Below are positions 11,097 to 22,800 of a DNA stretch of 64,000 bases, piece by piece (within the stretch, counting starts at the first letter, position 1; every line of letters begins with the position of its first letter). Source of the stretch: Macrostomum hystrix (taxonomy: Eukaryota > Animalia > Platyhelminthes). The position numbers and the translations under genes are program-made. The notes under the pieces were generated by a model that worked only from the letters and a program-made list of their open reading frames with translations, made no database searches and was not told where the DNA came from. Location: NCBI GenBank assembly GCA_950097015.1, contig CATNEN010000001.1:11098001-11162000 (forward strand), in the 5' to 3' direction.

Positions 11097-14000
11097 TTAC
11101 AGCACGACCCAGCTGTCGTCGGGCACCTCACTGCTGCCGTCGCTGGCCGCCTCGCTCTGCTGCTCGTCGCGCTCGATAGGCTGGTGTGCTCGTTTTAATT
11201 TGTTCACGTGGACGACCCGGCCTGCATCGCCATCCTTGTAGTCAACCGGCCGCACCAAGTAGTTTACCGGAGATGTTCGCTGCAGCACTCGGAATGGACC
11301 GGTCCACGGTGCCTGATGCTTCGGCGGCAGGCCAGTTGCTCTCGACAGCGCTGACGGTGGCATGAAGACCCAGACGAGGTCGCCAACTCGGAACCGGCGC
11401 CACTTGGCCTTGAGGTCGTAGTAACGCCGCTGGCGCCGCTGTGCCGCCTTCATGGATCGCCTCACCGAGTCGTAGGCGCGAAGCAGCTGGTCGCGGGTGT
11501 TGGCAGTGAACTGGCCGATCGTCATTGGCGGCTCCGGTGGTCGGTAGACGACGTCAACTGGCAGCGTCATTTCTCGGCCCGTCAACAGGAAGTGGGGCGT
11601 GAATCCCGTCGTAGCGTTGACACTGCTGCGGTACGCCAGGAGGCAATGCGGCAACACATCCTCCCAGTCCTCTGGCTGAACTGACTGCATGTGACAGCGG
11701 AGCATCTGGTGCAGGGTGCGGTGAAATTCTGTGCCAGAATCAGGCTCTCCGGCGACAGTCGGTCACGTCGGCGGCTACCGAACTTAGTCTTTCCACTGGC
11801 CAGCAGGCGGAACACCGGGCCGATGTCGCGATCACGGAGCTGCAACTCACGCAATGACAAAGGTGCATCCGGCTGCACCGTTTCGTCCAGGTTGACCCCG
11901 CCGGAGTCCTCGTCGGAGTCGGAGTCCTCGCTCTCGCTTGGCCGCGGTTGCAGTTGCTGCTTCCTCCTTGACGCATCCTGTCGAGCTGGCTCGGTGTCCG
12001 ACTGGGCAGCTACTGCGGAAGCAGATGCCGACGTCGCGACGTTGACGTGGATGGGGCTGACCCAAGCTGCATCCACCTGGCAGGCCACAGCTGCAGTTTG
12101 CGCCGGCGTCACAGCAATCGGCTCCGTCTGGCAGGCGGCTGTTAAAGTCTGGTCGAATCTGGCCGACAAACTCGTCTCTGGCCGACACACTCGACACTGG
12201 CTGGTGCACTTTCCTGGCCGTCGAGATAAAGCATCTGCGTTGCCATGTTGGCGGCCTGGGCGAAAAACGACCTTAAAATTGAATTCGTCGAGCAGCTGCA
12301 GCCATCTCGCTAGCTGGCCCTCCGGCTCCTTGAAAGCCAGCAGGTAGGTGAGCGCCTGATGGTCCACTCGAACAGTGAAGGCGCGTGGCAGCAGGTAGCT
12401 CCGGAACTTCTTGACGAATCCGACGACCGCCAGCAGCTCCCGCCGCGTCACACAGTAGTTGCGCTCGGCTTTAGACAAAGCTCGGCTGGCATAAGCGATG
12501 ACTCGCTCCTTGCCCGCCCGAATCTGCCACAGCACAGCACCGATCGCGCAGTCGCTCGCATCGGTGTCCAGGACGAACTCGGCGCTTGCCTCTGTCGTGT
12601 CAGGGAACGCTAGGATCGGTGCTGACAGCAACGCCTGCTTCAGCTGGCTGAAGGCCGCCTCGGTTGCCGGCGTCCACGCGAAGGGCGTCGTCGGCAGAGT
12701 CAGGCGACGCAGGGGTTCGGCGATCTTGGCGTAGTCGCGCACGAATCTTCGGTAGTATGAGGTGATCCCCAGGAAACTTTTGACGTCCTTGGAGCTCCGG
12801 GGTGTCGGCCAGTCTCGCACCGCTCCTATCTTGCTCTCGTCAACGGTGATGCCGCTCCTGCTGACACGGTGACCCAGGACGATCATGCTGGTGTTCGCAA
12901 ACCGGCACTTCGACGGCTTGAGTCGCAGGTTGAACTCTCGAAACCGCTCCAGGACTGAACGAAGCCGATCGTTGTGCTCGCTGATGGTCCGGCCCATTAC
13001 GATAACGTCGTCGATGAACACCAAACAGGCCTGCCACGTCAATCAGCGGAGCACCAGCTGCATGAGCCGCTGGAAGGTTGCCGGTGCATTTCGCAGACCG
13101 AATGGCATCACGTTGAACTCAAACAGGCCCTCGTGAAACACAAACGCCGTCTTCTCCTTGTCTCGAACATTCATTTCGACTTGCCAGTAGCCACTCTCCA
13201 GGTCCAGCGCCGAGAAGTAGCTATTTCCTTCAAGAGCGTCCAAGGTTTCGTCGATGCGTGGCATCGGGAAGGCGTCTGGCTTCGTCACTGCATTCAACTG
13301 GCGGTAGTCCAAACAGAATCTTGCCGAACCATCCTTCTTGCGCACCAGCACGATTGGCGATGCCCACGGTGACGATGACGGTCGGATGACACCCTTAGCC
13401 AACATATCGTCGACCAGATCCTTCTGCTGCGCAATTGCCGCTGGCGCCAGCCGCCGAAGTCTTTGACGGATAGGTCTAGCATCGCCGGTGTCGATCTGGT
13501 GCTTCAGCAACTGAGTCCGGCCGGGGTTGCTGGGTCCTGCGAAGACGTCGCTGAACTCTAGTAGAAGGTGTTCGACTTGCTGCCGCTCCTCAGCCGGGAT
13601 GTCGTTGGCGATCTGCACCTCCTTCTGCCAGGTCGCTGTACCAGTCGGATCTGCCACGCTGCCGCTGCCGGATCTGGTCACTTGAAGATGCGCCAGAGCT
13701 CGACTCGACAGTGGGCTAAAGTTGCCGACGATGTCGCCCTCGAGGATCACGACCGGTTCGTCGCTAGTGTTAATGGCCGTGACACCCAGTCCATGGTCAA
13801 CCAGCTTGGCTACACAGCGGCCGATCATCACCCTGGCTGTCTTGCTGCCGCCGATGACGCCTGGCGCCTCCGAGTTCGTCCATGCCGCTGTCCTCGCTGG
13901 CCGTACCGGAATGATCCAGCCCTCGCCAGGCTGTAGCCGAACCGTGACCGCTGCTGCTAGTTTGCACATCTGTGCTGCCTGCCGGGACTTCCGCATTGGC

Positions 14001-15714
14001 AAGGTGACGCCGAGGCTGTTAAACACGAGTTGACCTGATCGCAGATGAATTGAAATGTCGTGTTTCACCAAAAAGTCGCACCCAAGGATGACTGGTGCGC
14101 TGAGGTTGGGCACCACCAGGAAACTGTGTCGAAATCTAATAGGTCCGAGAAAAAAACTTAACTGAATTTCGCCCAGCACTGTTGCTTCGATGCCGCCCAC
14201 GCCGTAGATGGTAGTGCTGCTGGGTCTTAGCTGCCGCCTGAGCCTGGCCGATTGCACGATGTCGCCGCTGATGCAGGAGATCCCGGCACCCGTGTCGATC
14301 ATGCACGGCTGGCGTCTTCTGAGTATGCGCGAGGTGATGAAGCGCACTTGATCAGGCTGACAGCTGGGGCGTGGGGGCAGGGCCGAACTGTTTAGTGCTG
14401 AGAGGGCCGGTGCTGGCCCATTTGGGCACCTGCGACGGATGTGGCCAGTCTGATGGCAGCCGTAGCAGATCGGCACCGCCCTTGGCTGTTGAGCAGCTGC
14501 TGCGGCAGCACCGGCTCGTCTCCATGGTGGCGCCGGGCCAGCCTGCTGCTGGTGTCGATGCTGATGCTGCCGATGATGCGGATACTGTTGCTGCTGCTGT
14601 TGATGTCGTTGCTGGTGCTGATTTTGGGCCAACGTCTCCGGTCGAGCCGCGGCCTGGAAAGCCGGCGTCGGCGCCGCTGCTGCCTCGATGCTCTGTGGCT
14701 GCAACTGGGATTTCATGAGCACCTCGCGCACCTGCTTAGGGCCTGGTCTGGTGTCGTGGGAGGCACCTGAAGGTTCAGCAGCCGCTCTGTTACGTAATCA
14801 TCGTTCAGCCCTTGGATGAAGCGCTCCAGGACTGTCTGCTGGCGGCAATCATGAGCTGCAAGCTCTGGGTAGGCCTTGAAAGCAAGCCGCTGAAGGGCAG
14901 TCAGGAAATCCTCGAACCTCTCGTCCCTGCCACGGCACCGGCTGTGAAGTGCACGCCGCAGTTGAGCTGCACTGATGGCACCGCCATGACGAGCAGGAAG
15001 GTGCTGCAGAAGATCTTCGTAGCAGGCACCTGGCAGGAACTGCAGCAAAGTCCCAGCGGGCTGTCCATGCTGCGCGGATAGTTAATAGAGCCAGACCTCA
15101 TAGGTGGGGAATGCTGGCCCCAGGTAACTGCTGAGCGTGTTGATCTTGCTGTAGTCACTCAGTCCTTGGTGCCGGCCTAGGTACGAAGAAATTCGACCCA
15201 GAAAGTCGTCGAACGGCTCGGATCCGTTGAAGGGCGCCGGCTTTGGCACCGACGGAAGCTCGATAGCTTGTTGGTATACCGGTACACACAGGTTGCGGGT
15301 GCCAGCGTCAGGGTGAGCTCCGCCTTGGGACAACGGAGCCCATGGCTCGGCCATTCGGTGCGCAGTGGGTCTTCGTGCAGGTGCCGCTGCTGCCGCCGCA
15401 GCTGCAGCGGAAGGCCTGGTATCCCACAGGAATGAGTCTCCCATCTCTGTGCAGCTGCTTGACGGTTGATTGGGCCTGGGGACCACTGACGCTCGAGACC
15501 GATGGGGGCGTGCTTCCTCGACAGTGAGTTGCACGGGGTCGAGGTCACGAAGCTCTTGATAACGCGTCCCATTCGCCTCACGTTCGGGTTCCAGTTCGCT
15601 GGCCGCCGAACCAGAGGTTGCAGTGGCTGCGGCCGTCGGGCGCAGAATTTCCCGGTTCCTCAAACTTAATCGCTGGAGCTCATCTGCCTCTCGTTCCGTC
15701 CACATGATGTGCAC
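11097..15714 (-). pseudogene. Gypsy gag-pol pseudogene
   Basis: CCHC knuckle CYGCHQTGHIRRRC, protease IDTGAGIS, RT MPFGLRNAPATFQR..FIDD, RNase H LDTDASDCAIGAVL, integrase C-terminus HRTLHQML..WTGPFRV. Lesions: stop at 15082, frameshift near 14735, TGA at 13043, and loss of the integrase core near 11725. Confidence 0.93.
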
Positions 15715-15758
15715 TTGTTCGTCTCTGACTGATCGGTGGAAGGCAGATCGACTTTTGT

Positions 15759-15774
15759 CCTGGCGTGGTCGCCA
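15759..15774 (-). promoter_or_regulatory. Primer binding site TGGCGACCACGCCAGG (probably tRNA-Arg)
   Basis: Starts with TGG 2 nt after the LTR end. It is complementary to a 3' end ...CGTGGTCGCCA, as in tRNA-Arg(TCG). Confidence 0.8.
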
Positions 15775-15776
15775 AA

Positions 15777-16032
15777 TGTAAACGGAACGACTTAAATTAA
15801 ATTGTTGCGAAGTATTTATTGGTTATATTTTATTAGCGCAATGACGGTACGCGCGTTGCGCACGAAAAGACGCGAAGATGAGTTTAAATCTAATGGACTT
15901 AACATACATTATAACCAAGTTTAACGTAAGCATATTGTAAAACTAGGTGCTATACGTACAGTGATCCGTTAATGGCAGATAAATTAAATTAATCAGCGCA
16001 CCATTTTGTGGGAAAAGGGCAATAATGTTACA
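15777..16032 (-). repeat. 5' LTR (256 bp)
   Basis: On the minus strand it begins TGTAACA and ends TTTACA, followed 2 nt later by the PBS. AATAAA motifs lie in its 3' part. Confidence 0.9.
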
Positions 16033-16890
16033 GTACGTCCGGATATCCGAAAACAATTTACAAGTAAGCAGTATAACAAACATTCAGTGCTTATTTGTAA
16101 GTGTAGCTTTTATAATTGATGCATGACCAATATTTTTAATTTATTACTAAAACTTGTTGTCGAAATTCCGAAGTTGTATAAGCAAGTCATTTCATAAATA
16201 TATCATAATTATCCTATCATCTAGACTTAATTATTTTCTACTTTAAATTTTCTCATTCAGGCTTTTTCAGAGCTCTGGCAGCCTGTAAGCAGCATAGATG
16301 GAAATTAGTTACTAGCTTTGCATTGACTACGCCGTGGACTGCAAACAAACAAAATGCACGCTGCTCCAAGGCTAGGGTCGGCTTTGGCTGATTTATTCAT
16401 GAATCTCATGTTCTTTCTCGCTTTTCCAGGGTCTAAATTAGATTTCTGTGCTGGCTAAAAGAAATTAACTATCTGAAAATGGCTTTACTATAACAGCCAA
16501 TTTTAACTTTAATTTATTTTGGTTATTCCAGGGCACCCAATTATGTAAAGCGATGAAGAGAAAAAATTATATTGCTTTTGTGAAACGCAAGTTTTAGAAA
16601 GTTATGAAAAAAATTGCTTTCGTGTGAGGGATTATCGACTATAAACTTTAATATTTACTTTCAAAATGTCCAAAATTTGATTAACAAATAACACCGAGTT
16701 ACGATCAATTAAAATAACTTTGCCATTGCGAGAATAGAACTCGATCATCACTTGCGCCGATTTTCATTAAATAGGCATTATTGCTGAAATTCTAACTACA
16801 CCTATTTCTAGCCAATTGTTTTCGCGAATACTTAGTTCGAAAATTCCCAAGGCTTTGCATTGTAACATGACAAATTAATTTTCCAGCCAG

Positions 16891-19800
16891 CTAGCCTAAT
16901 AATGGCCTTCTGGCATCCTCTTCCATTGAATCAGCCGCCTCGGCAGCAGTAGCGTTTCCATTAGCAGCTGACACCTCGTCAGCTTCCAGGTGAGTGCCGG
17001 ACACCTCAGTCCAGAGACCGCGTCGTCTTCGCTGCCTCCTTCTGGCTGAGAATAGAGAAAATATGGCAGCGAAAGCTAGAGCCAGAGCCACGCCTACTGC
17101 CACACAGACAGCGATCACTGACATGACCAGACTGCTAACGGGTGCCTTCATCGCATTTTTAGCCGCTGTTCCAAGCTCTGTGTAGCCGGGCTCACTCTCT
17201 GACCAGGCATTTGTCTCCGGGTCCGACTCAAAGGGCGGACGTCGGCTAGTAGCTAGGCGATCGCGCCACTTTCCGCCGCCTCCCAGGTGCCTAGTGCACT
17301 GCATTATTCCGCAGCCGTTCAGCATATCAATCGCCGATTGGGTGAAACCGTCTGGACACCGTTTTGGTGGCGGGGGAGGCGGCGGTGCTTTGAAATTGGC
17401 CGACGAAGCTACAATCCGGCGTCCAGGCTCAGCCAGCGGGTTGCCAAAGCCGCAGCTGAAAAATCCACCTAGCGGCAGTCGGGCAGATCTGGCTTCTTCT
17501 GTCATGTCCGAGCTGATGCACAGGCTGATGTCCCAACCGATCCTGTACGGTAGGTAACTCGGCGGGCATGCTTTGGCGCCGCCAGCCATGGGATTGTTGA
17601 CTCGCGGACTATAGGCGCCGCCGAACAGGGCTCCGGATTGGCTGGGCAGGCTGCGAGATTTGCGAGCTGCGCACCAGTAGGTCTCTAGCACTGTTTTCGT
17701 GTTCCAGAACCAGCTGTTGAAGGAGTTCGGAAAGATTAAATGCAGGCCCAAATCCGGCTCGATGTCTCATCTCTCCCGTGTCTCATCCCTCCCGTGTCTC
17801 ATCTCTCCCGTGTCTCATCTCTCACGTGTCTAATCTCTCCCGTGTTTCATCTCTCACGTATCTAATCTCTCCCGTGTCTTATCTCTCCCGTGTCTCATCT
17901 CTCCCGTGTCTCATCTCTCCCGTGTCTCATCTCTCCCGTGTCTCATCTCTCCCGTGTCTCGTCTCTCCAATGTCTCATCTCTCCCGTGTCTCATCTCTCA
18001 CGTATCTAATCTCTCCCGTGTCTCATCTCTCACGTATCTAATCTCTCCCGTGTCTCATCTCTCCCGTGTCTCATCTCTCCCGTGTCTCGTCTTTCCAATG
18101 TCTCATCTCTCCCGTGTCTCATCTCTCACGTATCTAATCTCTCCCGTGTCTCATCTCTTCCGTGTCTCATCTCTCCCGTGTCTCGTCTCTCCCGTGTCTC
18201 CTCTCTCCTGTGTCCCATCTCTCCCTTAGTCTCATATCTGCCGTGTCTCATCTCCCCCGTGTCTCATCTCTCACGTGTCTTATCTCTCCCCTTCTTATCC
18301 CTCCCGTGTCTCATCTCCCCCGTGTCTCATCTCTCCCGTGCCTCAACTCTCACATGTCTAATCCCCCTTTAATCTCTTCTCAGTCGTTTCTCTCCCCTAT
18401 CTCATATTTCTTCAGTCAATGCAACCCGCTGTCCGTTTTTATGTTCTCTTTTCGGCCCGCAAGCAAATTAGTTTGCCGACCCCTGGTTTAGTGCATGTTT
18501 TCAATCCAGATGCCAAACTTTTTTCCAATCAGAATTCGTTTTCAAAGGCAGCTATCTTCAGCTACTTACAAATGATAATCGAAGCCAACAAATCGAAGCA
18601 GCAGAGTCTGAAATAAGTTTCCGAAAGTGAAGACCAGTCAGACCAGAAAGTGGCACTTTAGTGAAACGTTCTCAGAACTCATCAGGCCAAAGAATCAGTG
18701 AACTTTCTGCTTGCTCACCGGTTCGTATCCGTCTGGGCAGGAGTAGCCACCTGTGAAGTAGTTTGCCTGCATTGGGCTGTGCGGCTCGCCACAGAGCCCA
18801 CGAAAAAACCGGCCCTCCTGTGAGCAGGTTTGATAGACCCCTCCGAATGAGAAGTTAGTTAATGGCGCTTCGCACAAACCTTCCACGTTGGCTAACGGCT
18901 CGAAATTCGGCGACTCTGGATTCTGGCAGCCTTGGATCCTGTTCACTAAATAGTATCTGCAAATTAGACCGAGTAAACCGTAGATTCCAAGCAATGGCAG
19001 TAAATGCAATGAAAGATAAAAAATGTGTTAAATAATTCGTTTGTTAAAATGCACCGCTTAGGATTCAAACAGCTCCCTAGTGCTGCAGACGGTAACAGCA
19101 GTGACGTAGCCAGGATTTTTTCTTGGGGGCAGTGCCTATGGGGGTGCTTCACTACCAGGGAGGCGCCAATACGAGGAGGCGCCGCTACCAGGGAGGCGCC
19201 AATACGAGGAAGGGGGAGGCAATGTATGAGAGGAGCCTCTACAAGAGGCGCCACTACAAGAGAGGAGCCACTACAAGGGAGGAGCGAATACAAGAGAGGA
19301 GCCACTACAAGGGGAGCGAATACAAGAGAGGAGCCACTACAAGAGTGGAGCCACTACAAGGGAGGAGCGAATACAAGAGAGGAGCCACTACTAGGGAGGA
19401 GCCACTACTAGAGAGGAGCCACTACAAGGGAGGAGTCACTACAAGGGATGAGCGAATACAAGAGAGGAGCCACTACAAGAGTGGAGCCACTACAAGGGAG
19501 GAGCCACTACTAGGGAGGAGCCACTACAAGGGAGAAGTCAATACAAGGGAGGAGCCACTACAAGAGTGGAGCCACTACAAGGGAGGAGCCACTACTAGGG
19601 AGGAGTCACTACAAGAGAGGAGCCACTACTAGGGAGGAGCCACTACAAGGGAGAAGTCAATACAAGGGAGGAGCCACTACAAGAGTGGAGCCACTACAAG
19701 GGAGGAGCCACTACTAGGGAGGAGTCACTACAAGAGAGGAGCCACTACTAGGGAGGAGCCACTACAAGGGAGGAGCCACTACAAGGGAGGAGCCACTACA

Positions 19801-22800
19801 AGGGAGGAGCCACTACTAGGGAGGAGTCACTACAAGGGATGAGCGAATACAAGAGAGGAGCCACTACAAGAGTGGAGCCACTACTAGGGAGGAGCCACTA
19901 CTAGAGAGGAGCCACTACAAGGGAGGAGTCACTACAAGGGATGAGCGAATACAAGAGAGGAGCCACTACAAGAGTGGAGCCACTACAAGGGAGGAGCCAC
20001 TACAAGAGAGGAGCCACTACTAGGGAGGAGCCACTACAAGGGAGAAGTCAATACAAGGGAGGAGCCACTACAAGAGTGGAGCCACTACAAGGGAGGAGCC
20101 ACTACTAGGGAGGAGTCACTACAAGGGATGAGCGAATACAAGAGAGGAGCCACTACAAGAGTGGAGCCACTACAAGGGAGGAGCCACTACAAGAGAGGAG
20201 CCACTACTAGGGAGGAGCCACTACAAGGGAGAAGTCAATACAAGGGAGGAGCGAATACAAGAGAGGAGCCACTACAAGGGAGGAGTGAATACAAGAGTGG
20301 AGCCACTACAAGAGTGGAGCCACTACAAGAGTGGAGCCACTACAAGGGAGGAGCCACTACAAGGGAGGAGCCACTACAAGGGAGGAGCGAATAAAAGAGA
20401 GGAGCCACTACTAGGGAGGAGCCACTACAAGGGAGGAGCCACTACAAGAGTGGAGCCACTACAAGAGTGGAGCCACTACTAGGGAGGAGTCACTACAAGG
20501 GAGGAGCGAATACAAGAGAGGAGCCACTACTAGGGAGGAGCCACTACAAGAGTGGAGCCACTACAAGAGTGGAGCCACTACAAGGGAGGAGCCACTACTA
20601 GGGAGGAGCGAATACAAGAGAGGAGTCACTGCAAGGGAGGAGCGAATGCAAGAGAGGAGCCACTACTAGGGAGGAGCCACTACAAGAGTGGAGCCACTAC
20701 AAGGGAGGAGCCACTACAAGGGAGGAGTGAATATAAGAGTGGAGCCACTACAAGAGTGGAGCCACTACAAGGGAGGAGCCACTACAAGGGAGGAGCGAAT
20801 AAAAGAGAGGAGCCACTACTAGGGAGGAGCCACTACAAGGGAGGAGCCACTACAAGAGTGGAGCCACTACAAGAGAGGAGCCACTACTAGGGAGGAGCGA
20901 ATACAAGAGAGGAGTCACTACAAGGGAGGAGCGAATGCAAGAGAGGAGCCACTACAAGGGAGAAGCGAATACAAGAGAGGAGTCACTACAAGGGAGGAGC
21001 CACTACAAGGGAGAAGCGAATACAAGAGAGGAGTCACTACAAGGGAGGAGCCACTACAAGGGAGAAGCGAATACAAGAGAGGAGCCACTACTAGGGAGGA
21101 GCGAATACAAGAGAGGAGCCACTACTAGGGAGAAGCGAATACAAGAGAGGAGTCACTACAAGGGAGGAGTCACTACAAGGGAGAAGCGAATACAAGAGAG
21201 GAGCCACTACTAGGGAGAAGCGAATACAAGAGAGGAGTCACTACAAGGGAGGAGCGAATACAAGAGAGGAGCCACTACAAGGGAGGAGTCACTACAAGGG
21301 AGGAGCGAATACAAGAGAGGAGCCACTACAAGGGAGGAGTCACTACAAGGGAGAAGCGAATACAAGAGAGGAGCCACTACTAGGGAGGAGCCACTACTAG
21401 GGAGGAGCCACTACTAGGGAGGAGCCACTACAACGGAGGAGTCACTACAAGAGTGGAGCCATTACAAGGGAGGAGCCACTACAAGAGTGGAGCCATTACA
21501 AGGGAGGAGCCACTACAAGGGAGGAGCGAATACAAGAGAGGAGCCACTACAAGAGTGGAGCCACTACAAGAGTGGAGCCACTACAAGAGTGGAGCCACTA
21601 CAAGGGAGGAGCCACTACAAGAGAGGAGCCACTACTAGGGAGGAGCCACTACAAGGGAGAAGTCACTACAAGGGAGGAGCGAATACAAGAGAGGAGCCAC
21701 TACAAGGGAGGAGTGAATACAAGAGTGGAGCCACTACAAGAGTGGAGCCACTACAAGAGTGGAGCCACTACAAGGGAGGAGCCACTACAAGGGAGGAGCC
21801 ACTACAAGGGAGGAGCGAATAAAAGAGAGGAGCCACTACTAGGGAGGAGCCACTACAAGGGAGGAGCGAATAAAAGAGAGGAGCCACTACTAGGGAGGAG
21901 CCACTACAAGAGTGGAGCCACTACAAGAGTGGAGCCACTACTAGGGAGGAGTCACTACAAGGGAGGAGCGAATACAAGAGAGGAGCCACTACTAGGTAGG
22001 AGCCACTACAAGGGAGGAGCCACTACTAGGGAGGAGCGAATACAAGGGAGGAGTCACTACAAGGGAGGAGCGAATGCAAGAGAGGAGCCACTACAAGGGA
22101 GAAGCGAATACAAGAGAGGAGCCACTACTAGGGAGGAGCGAATACAAGAGAGGAGCCACTACTAGGGAGAAGCGAATACAAGAGAGGAGTCACTACAAGG
22201 GAGGAGTCACTACAAGGGAGAAGCGAATACAAGAGAGGAGCCACTACTAGGGAGAAGCGAATACAAGAGAGGAGTCACTACAAGGGAGGAGCGAATACAA
22301 GAGAGGAGCCACTACAAGGGAGGAGTCACTACAAGGGAGAAGCGAATACAAGAGAGGAGCCACTACAAGGGAGGAGCCACTACTAGGGAGGAGCCACTAC
22401 TAGGGAGGAGCCACTACTAGGGAGGAGCCACTACAACGGAGGAGTCACTACAAGAGTGGAGCCATTACAAGGGAGGAGCCACTACAAGAGTGGAGCCATT
22501 ACAAGGGAGGAGCCACTACAAGGGAGGAGCGAATACAAGAGAGGAGCCACTACAAGAGTGGAGCCACTACAAGAGTGGAGCCACTACAAGAGTGGAGCCA
22601 CTACAAGGGAGGAGCCACTACAAGAGAGGAGCCACTACTAGGGAGGAGCCACTACAAGGGAGAAGTCACTACAAGGGAGGAGCGAATACAAGAGAGGAGC
22701 CACTACAAGAGTGGAGCCACTACAAGAGTGGAGCCACTACAAGAGTGGAGCCACTACAAGGGAGGAGCCACTACAAGGGAGGAGCGAATAAAAGAGAGGA

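Larger units (their letters stand above)
10353..16032 (-). mobile_element. Ty3/Gypsy LTR retrotransposon, defective, with truncated 3' LTR
   Basis: 5' LTR 16032-15777 (TG...CA), PBS, gag-PR-RT-RH-INT domain order, PPT, and a 151-bp LTR copy at 10353-10503. Confidence 0.95.

Noticed and set aside
11691-15527. Plus-strand ORFs over the Gypsy element
   Set aside because: They are antisense shadows of GC-rich coding sequence with no motifs.
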